Translations under genes and position numbers: made by a program | Notes under the pieces: generated by a model | The model's input: the letters and a program-made list of their open reading frames with translations, nothing else | What the model was told of the DNA's origin: nothing | Database searches by the model: none | Virus record (IMG/VR): IMGVR_UViG_3300037755_001058 | Coordinates: 27,854 to 91,853 of that record | Length of the DNA: 64,000 nucleotides | Direction: 5' to 3' (one strand) | Origin: a virus | Part shown: positions 1-9,464 of the stretch, one piece after another | How the letters are laid out: each line of letters opens with the position of its first letter | Numbering within the stretch: the stretch's first letter is position 1

Positions 1-607
1 CGCTTGGTCCAGGGCGTCTGACCAGGTGGTCTGGGAGGATGGTGCTCAGGAGCTGTGCACATCGGAGGGATCTAGGCTAGCCTCCAAGTACTCTCACAGG
101 ATTCCACTGGTTGAGCCGTCAGAACAAGATTTGAAGATTGCCAGGACGGCCGTAGCCTCTGCCTGTCGAACATTTTCAGTGGCCAACGACGATTTCAACA
201 CGGTATTTGTGCGATGCTGTCACGTACAGTTCGCCGTGACAACGCTCGAGCGACTGTTCGACGGTGAGCTGCAATATCGAGACTACTCGGAGTTCATGGA
301 TCGTCAGCGCATCGATAGAGGCGAGGTTACCAAGGTAGTCGTAGGACTTCAACCACGCGCTGTACCAGCAACGTGTAGAGCCCTTCTGGGCCTGAGGAAG
401 GTGAACCCCAATTCGATTGGAATGGTGCTAGGTCTGGACGGTGGAGAGGCGCGCCTGTTCATGTCCAAGCTGGCACAGAATGGCGCTGCGATCTTCGACA
501 CCGAGAACGGTCGAAACACTTCGATGGTGTGGACCTCAGACTTCGTAGGGTTGCTGCGAGACATGGAGACGAACCCTCCTGAGGTAGATGGGGAGGACCT
601 CTTCTAA
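1..607 (+). CDS. 5'-truncated ORF, possibly the C-terminus of an MCM-like/AAA+ replicative helicase
   Basis: KIARTAVASAC...V..CHVQFAV resembles the MCM C-terminal lid helices, followed by a possible winged helix. The ATPase motifs would lie upstream of the window. Confidence 0.35.
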   Translation, partial: AWSRASDQVVWEDGAQELCTSEGSRLASKYSHRIPLVEPSEQDLKIARTAVASACRTFSVANDDFNTVFVRCCHVQFAVTTLERLFDGELQYRDYSEFMDRQRIDRGEVTKVVVGLQPRAVPATCRALLGLRKVNPNSIGMVLGLDGGEARLFMSKLAQNGAAIFDTENGRNTSMVWTSDFVGLLRDMETNPPEVDGEDLF

Positions 608-653
608 TCATGAACGGTAGTGATCGATCATCGAGAGTGATTTAGTTATGGAT

Positions 654-681
654 CATGATATGTACTAAGATACATATCATG
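654..681. promoter_or_regulatory. Perfect 11-6-11 inverted repeat in an AT-rich intergenic region
   Basis: CATGATATGTA-ctaaga-TACATATCATG. Confidence 0.6.
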
Positions 682-711
682 CACGTGAAGAAACCACCAC
701 GGAGGATGAGA

Positions 712-1917
712 ATGGCACTCGCGCTCACACTGGCCGCCACACAGGCGGCCCTCGTCTACCTCGGAGAAGAGCCCGACGAGAAGGACCCCGGTGACCAGCT
801 GGCCGGTGTCCTCGCCGACTACAACCTGGACCCCGCCGAGTTCATGACCGAGCAGACCCTGTTCGCCTGCGGCTATCACCGCGGCCTGACGGGTGGCACC
901 TTCAGCAAGGAGCAGCAGGTTCCGAGCAACGGCTCGGGGCCCGACGAGGTGCTCGGCAACGCGCTCGACACCGGCTTCTCGTTCGGACTCGAGGCCCGCG
1001 ACCTGAAGACCCCGCCGCCGCCGAGCCTCGTGTTCGAGGCGGTCAAGTCCGGCGATCTCACCTGGGGTCGCCTCGGCGAGTGGGTCGCCACGGCGAAGCC
1101 CGACCTCGCCACCACCCATCGCCTCGCGTCTGCCATCGAGGTGGGCTCCGGCAAGGCAGCCGTCGTGGTCCCGGCCGGCACCCCGGTGGACGTCATCGCC
1201 GATGACATCGAGAAGGATGGCCAGCCGCACGTCATCGTCCTGTGGGACGGCCTGGCCCTGATGGTTCCGAACCCGTCGGACAGCCCGAGGATCGTCTCTG
1301 GCGACACCGACGTGGTCCCCGAGCGGAAGCGGAGGTCGAGCACCGCCGGTGGGGGTACCAGGAAGGCCTCTGGGCCGACCAAGCCGAAGGGTCCCTCCTT
1401 GAAGGATGCGATCCTGCGCGTCGCCATGGGCGAGGATGGTGGTCCGGGTCCGCTCCAGACCAACGGCGCGTTCGCGTCGCGGGTGATGGGTGAGGCCCGC
1501 CGGATGGGGATCGAGGAAAAGGCGCAGAAGTTCGTCCAGAAGGCCGACAAGCACGTGCCGTACTACCTGAACGCGATCAAGCCGGACAGCAAGACCGGCG
1601 CCCCGGGGCGGATGAGCGTCACCGATCCGCCGGACCACCTGATCGCCGCGATCGAGGCGCGGAAGTTCTACCTGAACGCCGACGGTACCCACGACGAGAA
1701 GATGGCGGCGATTCCCACCGAGCTGGCCGATCGCATCGCCGACAAGACCACCGTCGTGAAGACCGCACCACCGGTCGAGCGGCCGAAGAAGAAGGCCGCC
1801 GACGAGGCCGCCGACGAGGCCGCCGACGAGGCCGCCGACGAGGCTGCCGGGCTCGTCACCGACGAGCCCGCCGAGCCCAAGAAGGGCAAGGGCAAGAAGG
1901 ACAAGGCCGAGGGATAG
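712..1917 (+). CDS. Hypothetical protein with an acidic repeat and Lys-rich tail
   Basis: GGAGG at 701-705 before ATG 712; strong GC3 codon bias; C-terminal (AADE)4 and KKGKGKKDK. Confidence 0.8.
   Translation: MALALTLAATQAALVYLGEEPDEKDPGDQLAGVLADYNLDPAEFMTEQTLFACGYHRGLTGGTFSKEQQVPSNGSGPDEVLGNALDTGFSFGLEARDLKTPPPPSLVFEAVKSGDLTWGRLGEWVATAKPDLATTHRLASAIEVGSGKAAVVVPAGTPVDVIADDIEKDGQPHVIVLWDGLALMVPNPSDSPRIVSGDTDVVPERKRRSSTAGGGTRKASGPTKPKGPSLKDAILRVAMGEDGGPGPLQTNGAFASRVMGEARRMGIEEKAQKFVQKADKHVPYYLNAIKPDSKTGAPGRMSVTDPPDHLIAAIEARKFYLNADGTHDEKMAAIPTELADRIADKTTVVKTAPPVERPKKKAADEAADEAADEAADEAAGLVTDEPAEPKKGKGKKDKAEG
1795..1842 (+). repeat. 4 x 12-bp tandem repeat GCCGCCGACGAG (AADE)
   Basis: Read directly from the sequence. 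Confidence 0.95.
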
Positions 1918-1919
1918 TG

Positions 1920-1951
1920 GCCGACCCTTCCGAGGGGGTGAGGCGTTTTTT
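1920..1951 (+). terminator. Probable intrinsic terminator
   Basis: Imperfect GC hairpin (gccgacccttc-cga-gggggtgaggc) followed by TTTTTT right after the stop at 1917. Confidence 0.55.
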
Positions 1952-2233
1952 CGTGAACGCCGCCCAGCGCATATCGAGGCGACCCGTCGCCAAGGCAGCC
2001 TACGCGGCTACCTTGGTCGTCGGGCCGTTCAGTTTCAGTGTGGCAACCAAAGGTACCGGGTCATCCTCATTGATTCCGAAGATCGGAATGCCAACAGCGA
2101 CCAGATCAGACTCGTGGACGTCAGCCGTACTAGCGCGGCCCGAAGAACAACGACGTACGAGGCTGTCTCGAGAAGAACGTAGGGATAAGAAGAGGCGTAG
2201 AAAGGTTACCCGCGCCGCCAAACGGAGGAACCG

Positions 2234-3013
2234 TTGAACGTTCAGGCCTGCGCCCCAAATGGTATCGATCTCGTCGACCTGCCTTCGGACCCTCAGGCCG
2301 ATATGATCTCTCGCCAGAGGCGCTTCCAGGCTCGGGTATACGGAGAAGCCAAGCTGGCAGAGTTGCGCGATTTCGGCTCATCACGGCGCTGTGACGTACG
2401 GGCCGTGTTGCATCACCTAGACATGGGTGGTCAGGAGTGCTCCGAGGCCTGGGACATGGTCGAGGGTGGATGGAAACACCACAAGACCAATCCGCACGAT
2501 CCTGACAAGCTCGAACTCATGATGGAGCTCGTCGATATCATGTGTTTCGCGCTGAACACGTACATCTACATGGGGGGTCAGCCTGAATCGGAACTCGTGG
2601 CGGCGGCCGTTGCCAGGAGCAAGGAACAGATGCGATACCCGAAGATTGGCCTCGACGAGGCATGGGTCATCGGGGCATCGAGCTGGGAGAGGAACGGCCC
2701 GAAGATGCGAGCCCTGTACGATCATGGCCGCGGTAGCCATGGGCGGGAGTGGACCAAGGAAGCCGCGACGCGCATCAACTTCCTCAGGGCACAGTTCTTC
2801 GACTCAGCAGCAACCATCAGGTACGGTCTGTCGAGGATGACCAAGGCCGAGCGCGAGACGTTTCCGCCGGCGTCCGGTTATGTCTACATCCAACTCGTTC
2901 CGTGGATCTGCGGTGCGGTTCAGGCGATCCCTGGAATGGGACTACAGGACCTGTACTCTGCCTTCGTGAAGAAGGACCAGATCAACAATGAGAGGCAAGA
3001 TGCAGGCTATTAG
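2234..3013 (+). CDS. Dimeric all-alpha dUTPase/dCTPase (dUTPase_2 / T4 gp56-like NTP pyrophosphatase)
   Basis: ECSEAWD...WKHHK, ELVDIMCF and terminal KKDQINNERQDAGY motifs; GGAGG before the TTG start. Confidence 0.8.
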   Translation: MNVQACAPNGIDLVDLPSDPQADMISRQRRFQARVYGEAKLAELRDFGSSRRCDVRAVLHHLDMGGQECSEAWDMVEGGWKHHKTNPHDPDKLELMMELVDIMCFALNTYIYMGGQPESELVAAAVARSKEQMRYPKIGLDEAWVIGASSWERNGPKMRALYDHGRGSHGREWTKEAATRINFLRAQFFDSAATIRYGLSRMTKAERETFPPASGYVYIQLVPWICGAVQAIPGMGLQDLYSAFVKKDQINNERQDAGY

Positions 3014-4211
3014 CCTGGGGTACCAATCGCATCCGTTGGACGACCAGTTCTCTGCGATCACGGTTCGTTTGAACGAGGCGTCCGATGAGCACACAGCTCT
3101 CGGGACATGCATCTTCGCCGGAGGATTTTCCTTCGGAATGGAAGAGGCCGGGTTCACGGTGGCCGGTCATCTCGAACTTCCGGACCTGGCCCTCGGGTCT
3201 CACACCTCCAAGCAGAGGTGGCCGGTTGCCGTAGCCAGTCTCGATCTATGGAAGGAGTACATCGATCAGCTGCGGGATAAGGACATCGTTCCAGATGTAT
3301 TCTACGCCAATCCACCTTGCGTTGCTTACGCCGGTACTGGGAAGCACGATGGAACGATGGATAGTCGTATGTGCTATACCAGGTACTGCGCGTACGATGC
3401 AGCCATGAGACTTCAGCCTGACGTCTGGATGTGGGAGCTGGTCGACGGAGTCATGCGAGACCGAGGATTTCTCGATGCGATGGCGTTCCGAGCGAAGTCC
3501 CTCGGGTACAGGTGCTACGCATTCCTTACATCATCGGCTATCCATGGTGGATACCAGGACAGGCGTAGATTCCACTTCGTTGCTAGCCGGTTCGAGCTAG
3601 ACTTCGAGGATGTGTGGGCCAACGAGCCCGTTCCTCGTAGGACCGTGCACACCCTCTCAGAGGCGTTGGCGTCGGTGCCTGCAGGTTCTACCAACCACGA
3701 GACCGTGTATAGGGGAGCATTCCGATCGATCTTCCCGTTCTGCCCCCCGGGAATGCACCTTCGGGATGTGTCTGATGATGTCATGCGTGAGCACTACCGT
3801 CCACGTGGTACTGCGTGGACAGGCACGGGGAGACCTGGGTTCTCACACACGCGTGCGAGGATGGACCGGCCATCCCCTAATGTCCTCGGAGGCCATACGA
3901 TAATCCACCCCATCGAGAACAGGTACCTCACACCTCGTGAGTGCGCCGCTATCATGGGGTTTCCCCATGACTACGCCTTCAGCCACGGTGCTATGGCGTA
4001 CGCTGAGATAGGCAGGGGGTTGTGCACCCACAACGCCGCGTTCCTGGGGAGGGTAGTCAAGAACGCTCTTGAGAGGCGCGTGCGTACGGTGCCGACCAGG
4101 GTTGACGACTCCTGGATGACAGTGGTAGACTGGCGCCGGAGGGCCAAGCCCCTTCGGCTGAAGATGACCGAAGCCGAAATCGAGGCTTGGTGGAGTGAGC
4201 GAGTTTCGTAA
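3000..4211 (+). CDS. C5-cytosine DNA methyltransferase homolog with atypical cofactor-binding motifs (candidate carboxymethyltransferase)
   Basis: Motif IV PPC (Cys at 3318), motif VI WELV, motif VIII QDRRRF, motif IX RYLTPRECAAIMGFP, motif X YAEIGRGL; start could be 2988 or 3000. Confidence 0.85.
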   Translation: MQAISLGYQSHPLDDQFSAITVRLNEASDEHTALGTCIFAGGFSFGMEEAGFTVAGHLELPDLALGSHTSKQRWPVAVASLDLWKEYIDQLRDKDIVPDVFYANPPCVAYAGTGKHDGTMDSRMCYTRYCAYDAAMRLQPDVWMWELVDGVMRDRGFLDAMAFRAKSLGYRCYAFLTSSAIHGGYQDRRRFHFVASRFELDFEDVWANEPVPRRTVHTLSEALASVPAGSTNHETVYRGAFRSIFPFCPPGMHLRDVSDDVMREHYRPRGTAWTGTGRPGFSHTRARMDRPSPNVLGGHTIIHPIENRYLTPRECAAIMGFPHDYAFSHGAMAYAEIGRGLCTHNAAFLGRVVKNALERRVRTVPTRVDDSWMTVVDWRRRAKPLRLKMTEAEIEAWWSERVS

Positions 4212-5190
4212 CACAATAACGTACTCCACCAGCCGCGATCGCATCCTTAGATCGTGTCCCAGGAAGTACTGGTACCACGTGTACGCATCTTGGCGCGGAT
4301 GGTGGAGGCGTGGCAAGCCTCCGACTGATAGACGCGCAGAGGATACGTACCAGGCCAGGTTCTTCGACAATATCCCTGCCTTAACTGGTAGGATTGTGCA
4401 CGACCAAGCGGCTAGGATGTTGAGAGGTGCTCAAGAGGGACGTCGGTGGGTGGACGCAAATGGCGTTGGACAGACGCTTCTGAGAAACACTCGATCTGAT
4501 GCAGAGCACCGACTAAATGTGGCCAGGGGGCGTCGCTACGTCAACCCTAAGGTCAATACCAGACTCCTGGAGTTCGAGCTGGGGGGCGAGGTAGACGACT
4601 TCGATTTTTTTGATCGGGTACGAACGAAGACTCTGTCCATCGTTTCTCCGGATGAGTGCTGGAACGGAATGGAGGAACGAAGGAATCTGTTCCTCCATGC
4701 CATCACCAATGGGAAGAGCATCGTCCTAGTGGAGGACCTCGTAACATATCACGTCAACGGCGTGCAGGTCTGGTTGCAGGTGGACATGATGATGAGGTCT
4801 GACCACGATCCAGTGCATGACTGTGTGATCGTGGACTGGAAGACTGGTCGCCCAAAGCCTGAAGATGTCCATCAGGCAGAACTGTACGGTCACTGGGCGT
4901 GGATGAAGGGTTGGACCGGAGCTCAGGTGATCATGGCGTACCTAAAGAACGTTGACTCGGTGGAGCTCAGAGCCATCGAGATGAATCGTCACAGAGTGGT
5001 AAGTGCCGAAGCCAGAATCGCCAGGTTCATAGACGATATCCGGTCTCGCATCGTTGATGGCGATATTTTGAGGAACGAGCCGATAGAAGAGAGGTTCGAA
5101 GCCATTGGCAGCCCGGTTGGATGCGCTGTATGCGAGTTCCAGGCGATCTGCGGGGCTGACGGAACGAAGCCGAGCTGGGTGGACCGTTGA
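4195..5190 (+). CDS. PD-(D/E)XK exonuclease, Cas4/AddB-like with a 4-Cys Fe-S staple
   Basis: SCPRKYWY, G..VH, VDMM...IVDWKTG, QAELY, CAVCEFQAIC. Confidence 0.8.
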   Translation: MSEFRNTITYSTSRDRILRSCPRKYWYHVYASWRGWWRRGKPPTDRRAEDTYQARFFDNIPALTGRIVHDQAARMLRGAQEGRRWVDANGVGQTLLRNTRSDAEHRLNVARGRRYVNPKVNTRLLEFELGGEVDDFDFFDRVRTKTLSIVSPDECWNGMEERRNLFLHAITNGKSIVLVEDLVTYHVNGVQVWLQVDMMMRSDHDPVHDCVIVDWKTGRPKPEDVHQAELYGHWAWMKGWTGAQVIMAYLKNVDSVELRAIEMNRHRVVSAEARIARFIDDIRSRIVDGDILRNEPIEERFEAIGSPVGCAVCEFQAICGADGTKPSWVDR

Positions 5191-5222
5191 TGGAAGTCGT
5201 GGTAAGTTAGGCTGTCGGAGGT

Positions 5223-6482
5223 TTGATGTACCCATCCGAGACACTCAAGCGGAACTGGTTCGCCCGGGAAGAGATCCAGGAGGTCCTGCGAGGTCTGGGA
5301 CTTCCAGTGGCGATGGACAGCACACACGTCGTAGTGGCCGGCGTTGGTGATCTCACCAACTGGCTCGCCGCGTGTAGCGACGATCATGTCGCCGGTCTCC
5401 TTGGGATGACGGAGAGGTGGACTACCGCATTCAGGAATGCGTCCGCTCCGTTCTCTGTGCGACACCTCTCCTCTCCGGGTGTGTCGTTCAGGCACGGGGG
5501 ACGGGCCGCGCTTCTCGATGGCGCGTGCATGTCGGTGACGTTCCCGAGCAGCGGTGCGGCATCGGATGGACCCATCGCATACGTCGTCCCGGTGCGGAAG
5601 CAGATGTTGAACACCCGCGCCGAGTGGGTGGAGCACGTGGCTCTGGTGCCGAAGAGTGCGTTCGGCCAGTGGACAGCGCTCTCGGGCGCCGTGGACATCG
5701 TCCAGCGCGAGATGAACGCGAGCTCACTCACGCTGCGCTGCTTCAACGGCCCGGATGAGCGCATCCAGCCCATGAAGCTCGACTCCATCATCATGGAGTC
5801 CGGCCTCAAGGCTTCGGTCGTCGATGATGTGCTTGGGTTTCTCGGCAGGCGAGATGCGTTCGTATCTCGTGGACTTCCGTGGACCAGGAAGTACCTGTTC
5901 AACGGACCCCCGGGTACGGGCAAGACGAGTCTGGCCAGGTGGATGGCGACCGAGCTCGGCCTGCCGGCGTACACGTTCGACTTCACGGATCGGTTGGCCG
6001 ACGGTCGTGATCTGAAGTACTTCATCGGCTGGGTGTCCAGGCAGGCTCCGGCTTTGGTCATCCTCGACGACTTCGAGAAGGTGTTCGGCGGGGACAACGC
6101 TACCGGCATCACCAGGCACGCACTTCTGACGATGATGTCTGGGATGGGTAGCCTGGACGGGCTGGTGTTCTCGGTCACCTGCAACTCCACCACCCCGTTC
6201 GACGGACCGATGAGGCGCAGGTTCGACGCCATCTTCGACGTCCCCCTTCCCGCTACGGAGGAGCGCCGAGTGTACCTCCACAGGATGCTCGATTCCGAGG
6301 GGATCTCGGGAGACTCCGTGGTGCGCCTGGCCGGACAGACCGATGGGTGGTCGTTCGACGACCTGCGAGGATTGGTCGCCACGGCACTCGGCCTGTCGGT
6401 GACGGCAGGTACGATCGCCGAACGAGACCTCTCCAGGGCGATGCGGGTCATGGAGCAGCGCCGGATGCAGCCGCTCGAGTGA
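5223..6482 (+). CDS. AAA+ ATPase (BCS1/CDC48-like ATPase domain)
   Basis: Walker A GPPGTGKT, Walker B LVILDD, TCN and RRRFD second region of homology. Confidence 0.85.
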   Translation: MMYPSETLKRNWFAREEIQEVLRGLGLPVAMDSTHVVVAGVGDLTNWLAACSDDHVAGLLGMTERWTTAFRNASAPFSVRHLSSPGVSFRHGGRAALLDGACMSVTFPSSGAASDGPIAYVVPVRKQMLNTRAEWVEHVALVPKSAFGQWTALSGAVDIVQREMNASSLTLRCFNGPDERIQPMKLDSIIMESGLKASVVDDVLGFLGRRDAFVSRGLPWTRKYLFNGPPGTGKTSLARWMATELGLPAYTFDFTDRLADGRDLKYFIGWVSRQAPALVILDDFEKVFGGDNATGITRHALLTMMSGMGSLDGLVFSVTCNSTTPFDGPMRRRFDAIFDVPLPATEERRVYLHRMLDSEGISGDSVVRLAGQTDGWSFDDLRGLVATALGLSVTAGTIAERDLSRAMRVMEQRRMQPLE

Positions 6483-6490
6483 GGTGAGCA

Positions 6491-8230
6491 GTGGCAGACG
6501 AGTATGCTCGCGAGGATGTTGCCATCATCCTCGAGAAGACGAACCTACAAATCGGGTACATGGAGGGCGAGGTTCCTGGGTCTCCACCCCAGGAGGACCC
6601 GTTCGTCGTCGGAGCTGGTCAGATCGTCGAGCCACCGGTGAATCCTACGCGCGCAATGCGCGCGGTCAAGTCGAACGGCCATCTTGCTGCGGTGTGTGCA
6701 GTAGTGGCGGAGGGGTGTGCCGGAGTCCGGTACGAGATGGTTCCCAGGTTCAGATCGAAGTTCGTTCCAGGGATGGAGAACTTCGACGCGGCCAGGCCGG
6801 ATACGTGGCCCCCTGAGGCTCGAGAGCAACGGCGGAAGCTCCAGGTACTCGTGCAGGCGGGCTTCATTGGAAGAGGCGCGGAGTCCATCCGGTCCGGGTT
6901 CAAGGACCAGGAGCTCGATAGGATCATCCTGGGGTGGGGTGGAGTCCAGGTCCGGCGAGAACCGACGGTGCGCGGTGGTCCATCGGTTCCGCCACCGCGA
7001 GGTCTATCACGGTTCGAGGCCTGCAACGCTCGGTTCACACATCCAGATAGAACTGCCACCATGACACCGGTGCCGGTGGCGTTGGAAGATGGTACGATCT
7101 GGTGGGTAGAGGAACCACGATTCTTCAGGAAGCTGCGAGTGCAGCTGGCCAACGGCCGCTACACCTGGTTCAAGGAATACGGTGATTGGCGGTCGATGTC
7201 GTCTCGTACGGGCAATCGTTCTACGGGAGCAAGGCGCAAGCCTTCCATGGTTCCTGGCCAGCCAGGAACGTACACCCCCGGACAGGTTCCGGACGGACAT
7301 CCGGCTGCGATCGAGGTGATGCACTGGAGGACCTCGTTTCCAGGAGTGTACCCGTACGGATGGTCGGCGTGGCATAGCGAGATGCGAGCGGCCGATGCGG
7401 CCGATGAGCACATCGGCCTCGTTCTTCAGTACCTCAAGTCTGGATTGCACTCGCTGGTGTTGGCTGCTAGCACCAGACCGTTCGACCAGGCTGCAGCACA
7501 GGCTGCCATCCAAAAGGTCGATGAGCTCGGTCGTGGTCGGAAGGGGTTAGGTTCCTTGGTCACTCTGGCCTTGGTGCCATCAGACAGCGACGCCAGGTCG
7601 CCGGCTGCGATGTTCGACAATGGGACTGCCGATACTGGGAAGCTGGTCCTCCATGAGATCAGTACGAAGCTTCCCGATGCGCTCCTCAGCAAGGACGGCC
7701 TTCAGGAATCCACATCAGTACGGTTCAGCAACGCAGAGCGGATCCCTGGGCTGTTGCTGGGACGGTCAGAGACGTACAACTTCGCCACGGCGTCAGCAGC
7801 ATGGGCGGTGGTAAACCGACTGAGGTTTGGCCCTAGTCACGAGGAGCGCGAGTCGTTCCTCGATAGGTTCCTGATCGAGATGGGGATCACCTTCTGGCGC
7901 CTGGACGTAGTCTCACCTGAATGGGATGACAAGGAGCCATTGTCTGGCATTGCCTCCGTGGCCGGTCAGTACGGTGGTATGTCGGCCAACGATGCCATGA
8001 TGATGTTGAGCGATGTCCTCAACACCGAGTTCAAGCCGTCGAAGGACTGGTGGGGCGACGTTCCATTCGCGCTCGTCAACGCCATCATCAACGCAACGGA
8101 CCCTTCGGGGCTGGCCAAGCTGATGGGAGTTGATCTTCCTGAAGACTTCAAGAACGTCGTTCCGCAGGTGGCCACACTGGCTGCCATGGTAGAGGAGCGT
8201 CTTACGGCGCTCGAGGCTCAGGTTCCGTAG
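6491..8230 (+). CDS. Phage portal protein (PBSX/HK97-like)
   Basis: HLAAVCAVVAEGCAG N-terminal helix, D..ILGWGGVQV, and RIPGLLLGRSETYNFATASAA, typical of PBSX-type portals; no other portal candidate in the window. Confidence 0.75.
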   Translation: MADEYAREDVAIILEKTNLQIGYMEGEVPGSPPQEDPFVVGAGQIVEPPVNPTRAMRAVKSNGHLAAVCAVVAEGCAGVRYEMVPRFRSKFVPGMENFDAARPDTWPPEAREQRRKLQVLVQAGFIGRGAESIRSGFKDQELDRIILGWGGVQVRREPTVRGGPSVPPPRGLSRFEACNARFTHPDRTATMTPVPVALEDGTIWWVEEPRFFRKLRVQLANGRYTWFKEYGDWRSMSSRTGNRSTGARRKPSMVPGQPGTYTPGQVPDGHPAAIEVMHWRTSFPGVYPYGWSAWHSEMRAADAADEHIGLVLQYLKSGLHSLVLAASTRPFDQAAAQAAIQKVDELGRGRKGLGSLVTLALVPSDSDARSPAAMFDNGTADTGKLVLHEISTKLPDALLSKDGLQESTSVRFSNAERIPGLLLGRSETYNFATASAAWAVVNRLRFGPSHEERESFLDRFLIEMGITFWRLDVVSPEWDDKEPLSGIASVAGQYGGMSANDAMMMLSDVLNTEFKPSKDWWGDVPFALVNAIINATDPSGLAKLMGVDLPEDFKNVVPQVATLAAMVEERLTALEAQVP

Positions 8231-8304
8231 TCCCGAATTGAGCGGAGCTACGAGACTTGATGCAACCTACCATGAGTGTTATAACTCTTGTGGGAGGAGC
8301 AAGG

Positions 8305-9252
8305 ATGGAAGGATTGATCTGTCTACGAACTGGACAGCTCCGCAGAGGTTCTGACGGACAGTCAGAGCCAGTCGATCCCGATGGAATCGAGCACATGTGG
8401 GTGCCCATCATCGAGGGTGAGCCAATGTTCGTTCAGAACGTGGGCTCTACCTCTAACCCGCACGACCGAACCGACGATGGAAGGTTCGACAGATCGCACC
8501 TCTCCCCAGAGAGGGCATACAGGATCGGTCGCGATTACTTGGCGCACTGTATTCGGTACGGTTTCCCGATGAAGGTGATCAAGGAGCACTTCGGGGCTGG
8601 GGTTCGCATCCTGGAGATGGGGTGCGGGAAGGAGATCCCGTTGTTCAGGACGCTCACCTGCGACCATTCCGCCACGAAGTACTACAAGCCGAGTCAGTAC
8701 TGCGGAGTCGACCTGAATCCCATCAAGTACCATCCTCGAGTGACAGGCATCGAGAGCAAGGTTCTCTCGCGCGTCAACTGCGTGACCGAACCGGAGAAGG
8801 TGCCAGATTGGACGTTCGATCTGGTCTTGTCCTTCGAGGTCGTCGAGCACATGGACAAGCCCGACGGTGACAGGTTCCTCGATGCCATGGTGACCTTCGC
8901 CAAGCGCAAGGTCGATCGTGAGGGCAAGCCAGGAATGATCCTCCTGTCGACACCCGTGAACAACGGAACCATCGCCAAGAACCACATCTACGAGTGGCGG
9001 CGCTCGGAGCTGGAACGAGCCTGGACCAGGCGTGGGTGCAGAGTGCTCGAGCAGTACGGTACGTTCAGCAACCTCAGGGACCTGTTCGCGGCTATGGACG
9101 ACACCGAGATCGAGGTGTGGAATCGCATGGCGGCCTACCACAGTCCGAACACGCTGTCATGCGTGTTCAGCGCCATGCATCCTGAGGCCGCTAGGAACGT
9201 GGCCTGGAAGATCGAGGTTGGTGAGGATTCACACCCTCTGGATGGACGATGA
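8305..9252 (+). CDS. Class I SAM-dependent methyltransferase
   Basis: HCIRYGF, ILEMGCG, GVDL, FDLVLSFEVVEHM, ILLSTP..NHIYE; GGAGG upstream of ATG 8305. Confidence 0.85.
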   Translation: MEGLICLRTGQLRRGSDGQSEPVDPDGIEHMWVPIIEGEPMFVQNVGSTSNPHDRTDDGRFDRSHLSPERAYRIGRDYLAHCIRYGFPMKVIKEHFGAGVRILEMGCGKEIPLFRTLTCDHSATKYYKPSQYCGVDLNPIKYHPRVTGIESKVLSRVNCVTEPEKVPDWTFDLVLSFEVVEHMDKPDGDRFLDAMVTFAKRKVDREGKPGMILLSTPVNNGTIAKNHIYEWRRSELERAWTRRGCRVLEQYGTFSNLRDLFAAMDDTEIEVWNRMAAYHSPNTLSCVFSAMHPEAARNVAWKIEVGEDSHPLDGR

Positions 9253-9464
9253 GCAAAGGTACGACGTGTCTGGCGTGCCGGCACTGTTTCATGGAGCCGG
9301 ACGATGACTTCTGCTGCGGGCATCCAGATGCCGGAGAGGTGGGGACGTACGTCAAACGCGCAGCGGTGGAGGGGGGACACTGCGGCCCAGAGCGGCCGAA
9401 GTTCGAGCAGCACCCGCTCCGCACCGCCGACGGCTACATGAAGCCGATCGAGCGTACCACATGA
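9249..9464 (+). CDS. Small Cys-rich (possible Zn-binding) hypothetical protein
   Basis: CLACRHC...CC...C; ATGA overlaps with both neighbouring genes. Confidence 0.65.
   Translation: MSKGTTCLACRHCFMEPDDDFCCGHPDAGEVGTYVKRAAVEGGHCGPERPKFEQHPLRTADGYMKPIERTT

Noticed and set aside
1917-2237. 106-aa ORF or structured RNA
   Set aside because: The ORF starts inside the terminator without an SD and no tRNA fold was found; coding status is unresolved, so it was not called
8305-9252. SAM MTase as a CmoA carboxy-SAM synthase
   Set aside because: It lacks the CmoA-type F.DMI.RSVPGY and NFTLQF motifs and has the FEVVEH/STP pattern of another class I subfamily
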